From Candidatus Poribacteria bacterium (GTDB lineage: Bacteria > Poribacteria > WGA-4E > PCPOR2b), in NCBI GenBank assembly GCA_965116925.1, contig OZ220744.1, positions 4,352,001-4,416,000 on the forward strand: DNA of 64,000 bases, written 5' to 3'. A program made the translations under genes and the position numbers. A model generated the notes under the pieces. It had not been told where the DNA came from and did no database searches. It saw only the letters and a list, made by a program, of their open reading frames with translations. Numbering within the stretch: the first letter of the stretch is position 1; every line of letters starts with the position of its first letter. Shown one piece after another: positions 48,503-58,293 of this stretch.

Positions 48503-49300
48503 ATGAAAATTACTGTTCTCGGTTCAGGCACTTCGACAGGTGTTCCCGAATATAAATGCGAGTGTGAAACCTGTGAAGATGCCCGAAAGTTTGGGTCCAA
48601 AAATTACCGGACGCGCCCATCAATTCATATCGAAAGGGATGATAAGCACTTACAATTCGATCTCGGTCCCAATTTCATCGACCAGATTGACCGAAACGAA
48701 ATCGATTGGATTGATGCTGTTGTCTTTACCCACTGTCACGCAGACCATGTGAGCGGTACAAATGACATTGTTATGCCGTGCCGTAAACAACAGATGGATA
48801 TGCCCATCTACGGTCCAGAGGAGACCATTCGCCTCCTGCAGCGCAATTTTGATTATATGTTTAGCAAAGAAACTTTCCAAGGTGGTGGCGTGGGTCATCT
48901 GCTACCTAACATTGTGCAAGAACCGTTCCAATTGCATGGATTTGAACTCATCCCAATTCCGGTTGAACACGCTGCTGTACAAACCTACGGCTATCGAATT
49001 GATAACTTCGGTTACGTGCCCGATGTAAAGCGGCTGCCCGATTCTTCTAGAGCCTTACTACAAGGTATTGATTTGCTGATCATTGATGCACTCAGTTTTA
49101 ATCCTCGCCATCCAACCCACTTCTCGGTCGGAGAAGCACTAGAGGTTGTTGAGACACTACAGCCTAAAGAGACCTACTTTACGCATATCATGCACCGGCT
49201 CGATCATCGGTACTTCGCGGATCAATGCACAGAACAGGACATCGATCTGCCCGAAAATGTTTATCTGTCGTATGATGGGCAGGTACTTGAACTTTCTTGA
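48503..49300 (+). CDS. MBL-fold metallo-hydrolase (PhnP-like phosphodiesterase)
   Basis: LGSGTSTGVP...C.C..C, THCHADH, HPTHF, THIMH, YDG. Confidence 0.9.
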   Translation: MKITVLGSGTSTGVPEYKCECETCEDARKFGSKNYRTRPSIHIERDDKHLQFDLGPNFIDQIDRNEIDWIDAVVFTHCHADHVSGTNDIVMPCRKQQMDMPIYGPEETIRLLQRNFDYMFSKETFQGGGVGHLLPNIVQEPFQLHGFELIPIPVEHAAVQTYGYRIDNFGYVPDVKRLPDSSRALLQGIDLLIIDALSFNPRHPTHFSVGEALEVVETLQPKETYFTHIMHRLDHRYFADQCTEQDIDLPENVYLSYDGQVLELS

Positions 49301-49325
49301 CATTCAGTAAAGGAAAAAGAACCCA

Positions 49326-50456
49326 ATGCAAAAAACAAAGATTGAACGTGTAGAAACGATTCTCTGGGATCGCTGGCTTTTGATAAAGATTCACTGTGAA
49401 GATGGCACCGTTGGGATTGGAGAGGGTGGCGTTCACGGTTGGCAACGACCAACCAAGACGATGTTAGAGGTTATGTCGCCGTATCTGGTCGGCAAGGATC
49501 CGTCGCTCATCGAACATCATTACCAGTGGCTGTACCGGTCATCGCACTTTATGGGGTCGGTCATTCAAGGTGCGCTTTCAGCTATTGACATCGCGCTATG
49601 GGATATCAAAGGGAAGCGACTTGGCGTGCCGATCTACGACCTGATGGGAGGTATGACGCGCCACCGTGTCCGCTGTTACATGCACGTGGGCGGCACAACC
49701 TTGGATGACTTAGCGGCGGATGCTGTGAAAAAGGCAGACCAAGGCTTCACTGCGCTCCGTTTCTCGCCGTTCCCGTCAGACTTTCATCTCCATAAATCGT
49801 ACGCAGAGTGGGCAGATGAGGCGGTACGTCGTGTGGGAGCGGTACGCGAGGCTGTTGGCAATTCAGTCGATATCTGCGTTGAGATTCACCGGCAGATGAA
49901 TCCCGCGGAGTCGATTTGGCTGGGGCGGCGTTTGGAACAGTTCAACCCCTATTTCTATGAAGACCCAATGCTACCCGACAGTCCGGCGATCATGGGGGAC
50001 GTACAGGAACAGTGTAACCTACCTATCGCGACAGGTGAGCGATTCGCAAGTATTTTTGAGTTCCAGCAGCTTCTTGAAGCCAAGGCTACCTCCTACATCC
50101 GTCCGGATTTATGCCTCTGCGGTGGACTTTCAGGGTGCAAGAAGGTAGCGGGGATGGCGGAGGCGCACCACGTCAAAGTTATTCCACACAACCCGCTTAG
50201 CCCGGTGAGCACAGCAGCGTGTGTACAGCTAGATGCGTCAATTCCCAACTTCGCACTTCAGGAGTATACCGGTGAAGCTGAGCCGCCGAAGAGCGATTTG
50301 CTTGTAGAACCGTTGGAATTGAAGGAAGGCTATTTGACGGTGCCCGAAGGCCCCGGATTGGGAATTGAGTTGAACGAAGCGGCTTTGAGCTATCCTGTTC
50401 AGGACAAGGTGCTGGATACACCGATTGGATTTGACGGATCTGTGCAGGACCGATAA
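49326..50456 (+). CDS. dgoD: Galactonate dehydratase-like enzyme (mandelate racemase family)
   Basis: SAIDIALWDIKGK, EIH, YEDP, ATGER, PHNPLSPV, PNFALQE; substrate not established. Confidence 0.7.
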   Translation: MQKTKIERVETILWDRWLLIKIHCEDGTVGIGEGGVHGWQRPTKTMLEVMSPYLVGKDPSLIEHHYQWLYRSSHFMGSVIQGALSAIDIALWDIKGKRLGVPIYDLMGGMTRHRVRCYMHVGGTTLDDLAADAVKKADQGFTALRFSPFPSDFHLHKSYAEWADEAVRRVGAVREAVGNSVDICVEIHRQMNPAESIWLGRRLEQFNPYFYEDPMLPDSPAIMGDVQEQCNLPIATGERFASIFEFQQLLEAKATSYIRPDLCLCGGLSGCKKVAGMAEAHHVKVIPHNPLSPVSTAACVQLDASIPNFALQEYTGEAEPPKSDLLVEPLELKEGYLTVPEGPGLGIELNEAALSYPVQDKVLDTPIGFDGSVQDR

Positions 50457-50536
50457 ATGAGATATGCCTCCACGTTACTGCCACAGTATTAGGTACATGT
50501 ACAACTGACGATTCGATCCAAGCTAGACGTGCGAAG

Positions 50537-51271
50537 ATGATGCAATCTTTCAACAGTGAATCTCCACCAGCCGACGAAGTTCTGCAGAACCACCTCCGGA
50601 ATCTGGAGGAGAATGGATTTACCATAGCCTTGAATGTTCTGACCGAAGATGAACTTCGATTTCTTCGGGGGGTGCTAGATAACATCTACGCAACCTTCGA
50701 TCCTGAACGGGATGGACTCCGGAAGGTTGAAGGCTACCATTTTGCCTCTAACCTTGTAAACAAGGGCCCCTTCTTTGAGTCGATATTTTTGCGAAGCCCT
50801 GTCTATGATCTCGCCCGCCATCTGCTCGGGGAAGATTGCATCCTCTCTAGCCTCAATTCTCTTGAACCGCTGAAGAATCAAGACAACCAGGGTCTTCACC
50901 GTGATGGGCCACCCGCGCCCGATTCGGGGCCCATCGTTGCCAATTCACTGTGGGCAATTGATGATATGAACAAAGATAACGGTGCGACCCGGCTGATTCC
51001 GGGCAGCCATCAGACCGATGAGCCACCGCCCGACGATGAAGCGGGTGTGGTCTATGCTGAAATCCCTGCCGGTAGTGTCGTCATTACTAACGCACATATC
51101 CTTCACGGGGCATCTGCCAACCCATCGGGGCGGCGGCGGCGGGTCATGCACGGCTATTTCACGCAGCGTGGATTGCCGCAGCAGCTTGAACAGAGGAAAT
51201 ATCTGTCGCTTGAAGTCCAAGCACGGCTGTCCCCGCTTGCTCGCAAGGTCTTGGCGTTGGATGGTGATTAA
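50537..51271 (+). CDS. PhyH-like Fe(II)/2OG dioxygenase (canonical HxD)
   Basis: QGLHRDG, NGATRLIPGSH, HILHG, RRR. Confidence 0.88.
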   Translation: MMQSFNSESPPADEVLQNHLRNLEENGFTIALNVLTEDELRFLRGVLDNIYATFDPERDGLRKVEGYHFASNLVNKGPFFESIFLRSPVYDLARHLLGEDCILSSLNSLEPLKNQDNQGLHRDGPPAPDSGPIVANSLWAIDDMNKDNGATRLIPGSHQTDEPPPDDEAGVVYAEIPAGSVVITNAHILHGASANPSGRRRRVMHGYFTQRGLPQQLEQRKYLSLEVQARLSPLARKVLALDGD

Positions 51272-51324
51272 ACCTAATAGGATTTATGTAGTGAGATAAC
51301 GAACACCGAACCGAAGGAGAATTT

Positions 51325-52158
51325 ATGGTTACCGATCTCGAAATCTATCTGTTTGACTTACGCGGCTATATCGTTTTACCAAATGCTTTAACCCCCGAAG
51401 AGGTCGCAGAGCTCAACGAATGCCTTGATGCAATACCACCGTTGGAGGCGGGTGAATGGTACGGTTATGTCCACGCGCACCGGTATGGTACGACCGACGG
51501 TTTTAATCTACAGCAAATCTATGAAGCGGGCGAACCCTTCGAGCGACTGATTGATCACCCTTCATGGATCGACAAAGTGAAACACTTTGTAGGAGGGGAG
51601 GGCAGCTTTGATTACCACCACGGTCCCCTGTTTATAGATGAGAATTTTGCTACTTTTCGAGGTCCGGGAGAGGCTATTGGATTGCACTCAGGGGGCTATC
51701 CCCCCATCCATCGCAACCAATTCCGGTATCATAACGGTCGCTTCATGTGCGGACAGATCGATATCCTCATCGCGCTGACGGACTTTGGACCTGGCGACGG
51801 CGGCACTATGATTATCCCCGGCAGTCACAAATCTAACTTTAGACACCCGCACTATGACGAACACAGAATGGCGGTGGGAGCAACAGTTGAAGGGATCGAA
51901 GGGGCTGTTGAAATCCACATCAAAGCCGGCGATGCACTGCTTTTCGTTGATGGAGCTGCACACGGTTCAGCGAAACGGGTAAACCCTGGTATCCGCCGAA
52001 CTATCGTCTACCGCTATGGACCGTCTTGGGGTAATTTTCGATACGGCTATCAACCCTCACCGGAACTGTTGGAGCGTCTGACCCCTGAACGCCGGCAGAT
52101 TGTTCAACCGCTGGAACTGATACCGAGAGAACCGAACAAAGGGACTGTGAAGAGCTAG
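51325..52158 (+). CDS. PhyH-like Fe(II)/2OG oxygenase with H-x-G motif
   Basis: YLFDLRGY, LIDHP, LHSGG, IPGSHKSN, AGDALLF..AAHGS, RRTIVYRY. Confidence 0.88.
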   Translation: MVTDLEIYLFDLRGYIVLPNALTPEEVAELNECLDAIPPLEAGEWYGYVHAHRYGTTDGFNLQQIYEAGEPFERLIDHPSWIDKVKHFVGGEGSFDYHHGPLFIDENFATFRGPGEAIGLHSGGYPPIHRNQFRYHNGRFMCGQIDILIALTDFGPGDGGTMIIPGSHKSNFRHPHYDEHRMAVGATVEGIEGAVEIHIKAGDALLFVDGAAHGSAKRVNPGIRRTIVYRYGPSWGNFRYGYQPSPELLERLTPERRQIVQPLELIPREPNKGTVKS

Positions 52159-52254
52159 GGCACATGCAAAAGGATAGTGCGAGACGATAAAGGCGTGAAA
52201 CGTGATGCGTGAAACGTGAAAAAATTAGTTCATTAGCTCATTGGGGTAATTGGA

Positions 52255-52430
52255 CTAGTGCTCTGTCAAATAAATCATGATAAGGCACTTACCGCTCGGT
52301 TGGGATAGCCATAGCCAAGCCGCTTTGTGGGGAAAGTATCTGAAGGAGGCTTTTGTACCACAATCTGTTAGATTGTGATCCGAGCCCGCAAACTAACAGT
52401 TTGCGCTACATTTATCTGACAATGTACTAG
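52255..52430. mobile_element. MITE (176 bp) with CTAG-terminated imperfect TIRs carrying an inverted REP pair
   Basis: CTAGTGCTCTGTCAAATAAAT vs reverse complement of the right end CTAGTACATTGTCAGATAAAT (17/21). Internal CACAATCTGTTAGATTGTG and CGCAAACTAACAGTTTGCGCTAC. Confidence 0.7.
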
Positions 52431-52492
52431 GCAGCTGGATCTATGGAGTTCATTGAAAACGAAAGTGCAAGCTGCAAAGGGTTACTGATCAG

Positions 52493-53272
52493 TTATGAAG
52501 CTGGTTTTCGCGCTTTAACGCAGTACATGGGCCATGAAAAGTACAATTCCTCTGGTTCTCGCTGAATGGCAAAGATCGGTTCCTCCGCCGGTGTTAGCTC
52601 ATCAAAAGCGGCACGAAGCTGCTGAACTAGCTCAGGCGAGTTACCGGGGCGATCAGCCCACCACGAAAATGGCTGAAGCGCATTATGTGTATGTACCTCT
52701 TTCTTGATCGTGAATCCGGTTTCCTCAATCATCTCTCGCCACTGTGAAGGGGGATATCCCCACACATGGGAATGGTCTCGCAATTTTTCGACGCGATTTT
52801 GCCATTCGATGAGTCGCTCTGACTCTGGGCAGACGGAGTCCACCATGCAGAACAATCCTCCCGGACGCAACACCCGATAGGTTTCCGACAAAAATTGCGG
52901 TACATCCTGAAAATGGTGGGGAGCGATCCGGCAGGTGACTAGATCGAAAGATTCCGCTTCAAAGGGCAAAGCCTCCGCGGGGGCGACTTGGAAATCTATG
53001 TTTTGTAACCCGCGTTCACTAGCGAGTGTTTTCGCCTGATCCAGCATCGCGGGGGTTAAATCCGTCGCTGTGATGTGCGAGACTTTTGGTGCGAAGGTAA
53101 AGGCGGTAAAGCCCGTTCCGGTAGCGATGTCGAGGACTTTTTCGGTGCCAGTCGGCTCTGCGAAATCGACAAGCACTCCCAGTGTTTCTCCCTCTGAGTG
53201 AACCTTGCTCTGGGCATAATATTTGGCGTGTTGACTAAACTGTTGACGCACAGCGTCGTGAATTTGATCCAT
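52493..53272 (-). CDS. Class I SAM-dependent methyltransferase
   Basis: VLDIATGTG, AEALPF..SFDLVTCRIAPHHF, RVLRPGG. Confidence 0.9.
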   Translation of the reverse strand: MDQIHDAVRQQFSQHAKYYAQSKVHSEGETLGVLVDFAEPTGTEKVLDIATGTGFTAFTFAPKVSHITATDLTPAMLDQAKTLASERGLQNIDFQVAPAEALPFEAESFDLVTCRIAPHHFQDVPQFLSETYRVLRPGGLFCMVDSVCPESERLIEWQNRVEKLRDHSHVWGYPPSQWREMIEETGFTIKKEVHTHNALQPFSWWADRPGNSPELVQQLRAAFDELTPAEEPIFAIQREPEELYFSWPMYCVKARKPAS

Positions 53273-53351
53273 TGTGCTCCTTTGAAATTAGTGTGGGTGA
53301 TTCATAACCGTTGTCTAAATGTCGAATTAAGGAGATTCAACTATCCTATAA

Positions 53352-55649
53352 TTATGATGGGGCTCCTTCAGTTAGGTGATGGTGTAGGAAGCGAAACGTC
53401 CCCTGCCCGTTAATCTCGTGTCCGCTGTTAAAGAACTCAATCTCTGTCCGATCGGGGATGCCGAGATTGGCGTAAAGGTGTCTTACGATTGCATATTCGT
53501 AAGCGACCCATTCGTCCGATGCCACACCATCGTGATGTCCACGCTCAACCATAAACGGCCTGGGTGCAATCAACCACGCCATCTCTGCGTAGTTAAAGGT
53601 GTTGCCGAGATTGAACTCTGGCATCTCGTATTCGCCGGTAAACATGTAGCTGTAGCGAGAATCGTATGTCGCATTTTTGACGATCCACTCGTTGAAATCC
53701 GCCGAACAGATGGACAACGCATAACGGTCGAGTAGGGCGGGAACGCGCATAGCAGTCTTGCCGCCGTAGGAGAGTCCGTAGAATCCAATCCGTTCAGCGT
53801 CCACAAAAGGTTGTTCCGCAAGCCATTCAAGCGTCTGCTCGTGCTGGCGGGTGATCAACGAAAAGAGCGACCACTTGACGGGGTTTGCTTTGCGTTGAAT
53901 GACGCGGAATGCGTCTTGACCGATGTAGGGATTTTGCGGCGCGTAGACGACGAACCCTTGGTCTGCCAACTCCGCACCGTAGGCGTTGTATGGGGATTCG
54001 ATTTTCGGATCGACGACGTCCTGTGATCTGCCCTCTAATCCATGTTGACAAACCACCACTGGACGACGCTCATCCGACTTAATTCCTTTGGGAACCAGCA
54101 GAATGCCGTATGCAAACGTTTCCTTCCAAACATCAAGGACAACTTCATACCCCTTAAAACCCGGTTCATCGTAAATCAGGCGGGTACGAGGATTGGCCGG
54201 AATGCTCGGCGGTGGGCATCTGCCGATAACCTCATCCCAGAGATAATCACGGTAGTATTGGCAGGTTTCCTGCCAGTGCTCAATTGACGAGCGATCCGCT
54301 TTTGACCAAAGTGCTTCACGTCGAGATGCGGCTTGACGCAGGGCATCTTGTGTGAATGCGATCAGTTGATGAAATTGGCGATGTTGCCGTGTTTCAGGTG
54401 AAAATCCTGTGCGTCTATCCTGTGGCGGCGTTCCCGGTGCGACGAGCGGTTGGTCCTGACCGAGTGCGTTTAGGAAACTCGTCAATACAGCATCAGATCC
54501 GGGCGAACCGATACCGTTGTCTGACGCCACAAGACTGAGATTTTGCCCAACTCCCAATCGCTCATACAACGCATGGGCTCGATCAAATTCCACTTTCACC
54601 GACTCCAGTGGCGGTGAAACTAATTTCCCCGGCGCAGCACCAGCGCGTCCGTCACGTACCGGTGGCGGTCCCTCAACCCCAACACCTTGACTAGCTTCGA
54701 TAATCAGTCTTCGTGGTGTAATGAGGCTTGCTATTTCCGCATCGCCAAATTCGTGCAACAGTGCCCAGATATTTCGATAAATCGGCTCTTTCCAGACCGC
54801 TTCCCGCGACTGAAAATAACCGCTCACAACCGCTGCATCGATCCGTGTGTCCACCGCAGCGGTGTAAAGGGTCAGTAGTCCTCCTTCGCCATAGCCGATG
54901 ACTCCAATCGGTGGATGATTTTCGGCATGGCTCATCCAATCCACCAATGCGAGGATCTTCTGTACCTCGTAACCGATGATGTGTCGTCCTAATTCAAACG
55001 CCATGCGATAGATAAATTCACGGTGGGTCTGGTTGGTCATGCGCCCGATCTTCGGATTGCCCGACCATCTATCGTCTCGGTCTATCAGCGTAGGTACGAC
55101 AACCCGGCAGCCCTGTTCAGCCAAACGTCGGGCAAACTGTGCCTCCTGTGGTATTCCGTCTGCCAATCCTACAAGCATCTCCGGTGTCCAGTCCGCATCA
55201 GGAAGTGCGATTACTTGGGCGACAGGCTCACCCTCCGGTTCTAGCAAGAGCCCTTCTCCATCCACACCGTCAAACACGTGCCACCTTACAGCGTACACGG
55301 TATAATCTTCTGCCTTTGCAATTTCGGATGTTTGTGCCGTTGTCGCAATATAGTGAATAGCATCAATTGGGGTTCTCTCATCCACGCAGCCGATATACCC
55401 CCTAAAGCGTTCACGATTTGGCGCGATCGAAGCAGTATAAGCCTCATGTGAGCGATAGTCCCGATTCCACAGTTGTTGACGCGATTCGACAGAGCTTGCT
55501 ACCGCTTGTGCCACAAACTCGTCCAAACTCGTTACCATTTGGGCGGCGAGATCGCCATCCATTGTTAGATGATCTGTTCCCGGTAGGGTGTTAGTCTCCG
55601 CCGATGATGCTGAAGCCAAAAACCAAAGACCAAGTGTAGAAGTATTCAT
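53352..55649 (-). CDS. Two-domain alpha/beta hydrolase (dienelactone hydrolase/esterase-like)
   Basis: VVCQHGLEG, GFYGLSYGG nucleophile elbow, ERGHHD and GHEI; N-terminal copy has GYGEGG. Confidence 0.75.
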   Translation of the reverse strand: MNTSTLGLWFLASASSAETNTLPGTDHLTMDGDLAAQMVTSLDEFVAQAVASSVESRQQLWNRDYRSHEAYTASIAPNRERFRGYIGCVDERTPIDAIHYIATTAQTSEIAKAEDYTVYAVRWHVFDGVDGEGLLLEPEGEPVAQVIALPDADWTPEMLVGLADGIPQEAQFARRLAEQGCRVVVPTLIDRDDRWSGNPKIGRMTNQTHREFIYRMAFELGRHIIGYEVQKILALVDWMSHAENHPPIGVIGYGEGGLLTLYTAAVDTRIDAAVVSGYFQSREAVWKEPIYRNIWALLHEFGDAEIASLITPRRLIIEASQGVGVEGPPPVRDGRAGAAPGKLVSPPLESVKVEFDRAHALYERLGVGQNLSLVASDNGIGSPGSDAVLTSFLNALGQDQPLVAPGTPPQDRRTGFSPETRQHRQFHQLIAFTQDALRQAASRREALWSKADRSSIEHWQETCQYYRDYLWDEVIGRCPPPSIPANPRTRLIYDEPGFKGYEVVLDVWKETFAYGILLVPKGIKSDERRPVVVCQHGLEGRSQDVVDPKIESPYNAYGAELADQGFVVYAPQNPYIGQDAFRVIQRKANPVKWSLFSLITRQHEQTLEWLAEQPFVDAERIGFYGLSYGGKTAMRVPALLDRYALSICSADFNEWIVKNATYDSRYSYMFTGEYEMPEFNLGNTFNYAEMAWLIAPRPFMVERGHHDGVASDEWVAYEYAIVRHLYANLGIPDRTEIEFFNSGHEINGQGTFRFLHHHLTEGAPS

Positions 55650-55669
55650 AGGGAAATTTCCTCCGCGTT

Positions 55670-56857
55670 TTACACGATTCCAGCCTGCTTCAATTGATTA
55701 ACTTCCTCCGATTCCAGCCCTAACAAGCCGGTCAAAATTTCTGATGTATGCTCTCCGAGATTTGGCGCGGGGGCATCGATCTGACCGGGCGTCTCTGAGA
55801 GTTTAATCGGCATCCCCGGAATCTGAACAGTGCCGGTTGTGTCGTGCTCGACTTCAGCGATCATGTCTCGTGCTAGCACTTGGGGATCGTTTGCCACCTT
55901 ATCAACGGTGTTTACTGGACCGCACGGTACACCGATCTCCTCCAAAGCCTCAACCCACGCATCGGTTGTGCGGCGGCGCATGATCTCAGCAAGGATTGGG
56001 AAAAGGGATTCATGGTTCTCTGTGCGCAGCGCATTTGTGTTAAACTGCTCATCGTCGATCAATTCAGGCTGACCGACATGTTCACAAAATTTCCGCCACA
56101 GTTCATTGTTTCCGATTGCGATAACCACATAGCCATCGGCGGATTCAAAGACCTCAAACGGCGTTATTGCTGGATGTCGCCTGCCCAACGGACGTGGAAC
56201 CTCGCCGGTAGAAAAATAGCGGACCATTGCGTTTTCCAAGATTGCTACCTGACAATCGAGCATCCCAACGTCAATGAATTGTCCTTCCCCAGTTTGATCT
56301 CGATGTCGAAGTGCGGAGAGGATCCCGATAGCGGTGAACAATGCGGATGTTATATCGCCAATCGAAGTCCCCACACGCACAGGCGGCCGATTTGGCTCGC
56401 CGGTTATACTGATAATTCCTCCCATTCCCTGAATAATCATATCGTATGCTCCCCGCATTGCATACGGTCCTGTCTGCCCGAATCCTGAGCAAGCAGCGTA
56501 GAGGAGAGACGGGTGGTATGTTTTGAGTGATTCGTAATCCAAGCCGAGTTTTTCCATCGTCCCGGGGCGAAAATTCTCGACAAGGATGTCCGAACCCTTG
56601 ACCAATTCCAAAAAGAGTTCCTTGCCACGCCGGGACTTCAGGTTCAAGGTGACACTTTTTTTGCCCCGATTGACGCTCATAAAGTAGAGACTAAAGTCAC
56701 TCTTGAAGGGACCGAAATCCCTTGCCTCATCTCCGGTTCCGGGCTGCTCGATCTTGATCACCTCCGCGCCAAGGTCTCGCAAGATCATCGTTGCGTAGGG
56801 ACCCGCTAAAATACGCGTAAGATCTAATACTCGTATTCCTTTTAATGGACCTACCAT
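55670..56857 (-). CDS. Family III CoA-transferase (CaiB/BaiF)
   Basis: PLKGIRVLDLTRILAGP, NRGKKS, ENFRPG, GFGQTGP, YD, APNLGEHT. Confidence 0.95.
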   Translation of the reverse strand: MVGPLKGIRVLDLTRILAGPYATMILRDLGAEVIKIEQPGTGDEARDFGPFKSDFSLYFMSVNRGKKSVTLNLKSRRGKELFLELVKGSDILVENFRPGTMEKLGLDYESLKTYHPSLLYAACSGFGQTGPYAMRGAYDMIIQGMGGIISITGEPNRPPVRVGTSIGDITSALFTAIGILSALRHRDQTGEGQFIDVGMLDCQVAILENAMVRYFSTGEVPRPLGRRHPAITPFEVFESADGYVVIAIGNNELWRKFCEHVGQPELIDDEQFNTNALRTENHESLFPILAEIMRRRTTDAWVEALEEIGVPCGPVNTVDKVANDPQVLARDMIAEVEHDTTGTVQIPGMPIKLSETPGQIDAPAPNLGEHTSEILTGLLGLESEEVNQLKQAGIV

Positions 56858-56951
56858 CTATCTTCCTTTCTCTTTCGAGGATAATATCGTTTCTTATTTT
56901 ACCATATTTTAGACTTCGTTTGTAGAAGACAACATCTTTCTCCTAATCATT

Positions 56952-57305
56952 TTTACCGAAACTCCCTTTAGGTCTAAAGCCCAAGCATTTATGCTTGGAG
57001 CAGTTGGGGCGCAGCCTATATAGATTGCTTTAGCACGTTTTTGGTTGATTTTGTAGGTCAAACATGGTATACTTTTTTTGTCTTTCGTAGGGGATTTCAA
57101 CCGTTAGCACCCTCGCTAACGTCCCCTACACCTCGTTGAAAAGGCATGAAAGACAGAAAGACAATTCCTAATGAAAACCTACAAGTTCAAGTTGTATTCT
57201 AATCACGGTAATCGTGAGTTGCACCAGACAATAGATAGTCATGCTCAAGTTACGCCTAACGGAATGGGTAAGAATTCCAATCCTTTAGGTTTAGGAGTAT
57301 GTCAA
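56952..57305 (+). mobile_element. Internally deleted IS200/IS605-family (TnpB) element
   Basis: Left-end hairpin CCAAGCAT-TT-ATGCTTGG region; right end AAGAATTCCAATCCTTTAGGTTTAGGAGTATGTCAA; TnpB-like N-terminal stub between them. Confidence 0.72.
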
Positions 57306-57314
57306 TCGGTTTAA
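57171..57314 (+). pseudogene. tnpB: TnpB N-terminal remnant fused to the element right end
   Basis: MKTYKFKLYSNHGNRELHQTIDSHAQV resembles the TnpB start (xYKFRLY), then runs into right-end sequence. Confidence 0.65.
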
Positions 57315-57333
57315 TTTGTGGTCGATTTTGGGG

Positions 57334-57363
57334 TTGACGGACACAATAGCAGTGTGTTAAGAT
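57334..57363 (+). promoter_or_regulatory. Putative promoter for coaD
   Basis: TTGACG-N18-TAAGAT with TGn extended -10. Confidence 0.5.
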
Positions 57364-57429
57364 TCCTTAAAGCAAAGGCATTGACTGAGCATCGTTAAAT
57401 GGAATTTTTGGAAGAAAGGAAAGATAGCC

Positions 57430-57948
57430 TTGCCGAAAAAAATTGCCGTTTACCCTGGCAGCTTTGATCCCCTCACCAATGGTCATGTGGATTTGATCAA
57501 TCGAGTTTCCGCGCTCTCCGTTTTCGATGAGTTGACTGTATTAATCGGTGTTAATCCCATTAAGAAGACGCGTTTCACACTGGCGGAACGGATCGAGATG
57601 TTGGAAGCTGTCATCCAACCTTATCCGTGCGTCACCATCGATCAGTATTCAGGGCTCACGGCGCAGTACGCACAGGAGCGCGGTGCCTCTGCGATTATTC
57701 GAGGACTTCGAGCATTCTCCGATTTTGAAAATGAGTTCCAGATGTCGCTGATGAATCGCCAAATCGCGCCACAAGTAGATACGTTGTTTATGATGGCAAA
57801 TACTAAGTATGCCCATCTGAGTTCGACGCTAGTCATGCAGGTGGCACAGATGGGGGGAATGCAGGTGAGTAATGAAAAGTTGTTAGAGATGGTGCCGCCG
57901 GTTGTTGTTGAAATGCTAGTCAAGAAATATGGTCCGCCGAAGGATTGA
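57430..57948 (+). CDS. coaD: Pantetheine-phosphate adenylyltransferase
   Basis: AVYPGSFDPLTNGH, IIRGLRAFSDFENE, LSSTLV; TTG start. Confidence 0.96.
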   Translation: MPKKIAVYPGSFDPLTNGHVDLINRVSALSVFDELTVLIGVNPIKKTRFTLAERIEMLEAVIQPYPCVTIDQYSGLTAQYAQERGASAIIRGLRAFSDFENEFQMSLMNRQIAPQVDTLFMMANTKYAHLSSTLVMQVAQMGGMQVSNEKLLEMVPPVVVEMLVKKYGPPKD

Positions 57949-57989
57949 AAATGCCAACCTAAATTAATAGAGTGAGGAAGACCGTACCA

Positions 57990-58280
57990 ATGCGATTGAT
58001 CCAATCTGGGCTATCTATTCTCGCTGTTGTTATGTTATTGATTAGTCTATATCGATTTGTGGAAGGGTTTCAGGATTGGCAGGAAGCCCGCCGGATCAAA
58101 CAGCGATCCTTGGACGAGGTGGCAGCACTCGAACGCGAACGCGATCGCTTAAAAGTTCGGGTGGAAAAATTGAAAACGGACGAACTCACCAAAGAGCGGT
58201 TGGCACGACGACTCAGCTATATTAAGCCCGGTGAAGTTGTATACAAGATTGTCCCCGCTTCCGATACCCCTCGTGAATAA
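57990..58280 (+). CDS. Septum formation initiator (FtsB/DivIC family)
   Basis: TM helix, coiled coil, ERLARRLSYIKPGEVVY. Confidence 0.8.
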   Translation: MRLIQSGLSILAVVMLLISLYRFVEGFQDWQEARRIKQRSLDEVAALERERDRLKVRVEKLKTDELTKERLARRLSYIKPGEVVYKIVPASDTPRE

Positions 58281-58293
58281 ATCCAACTTAGGA

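Noticed and set aside
56909..57100. 63-aa minus-strand ORF as a possible tnpA
   Set aside because: No HUH or catalytic Tyr motif; overlaps the element left end
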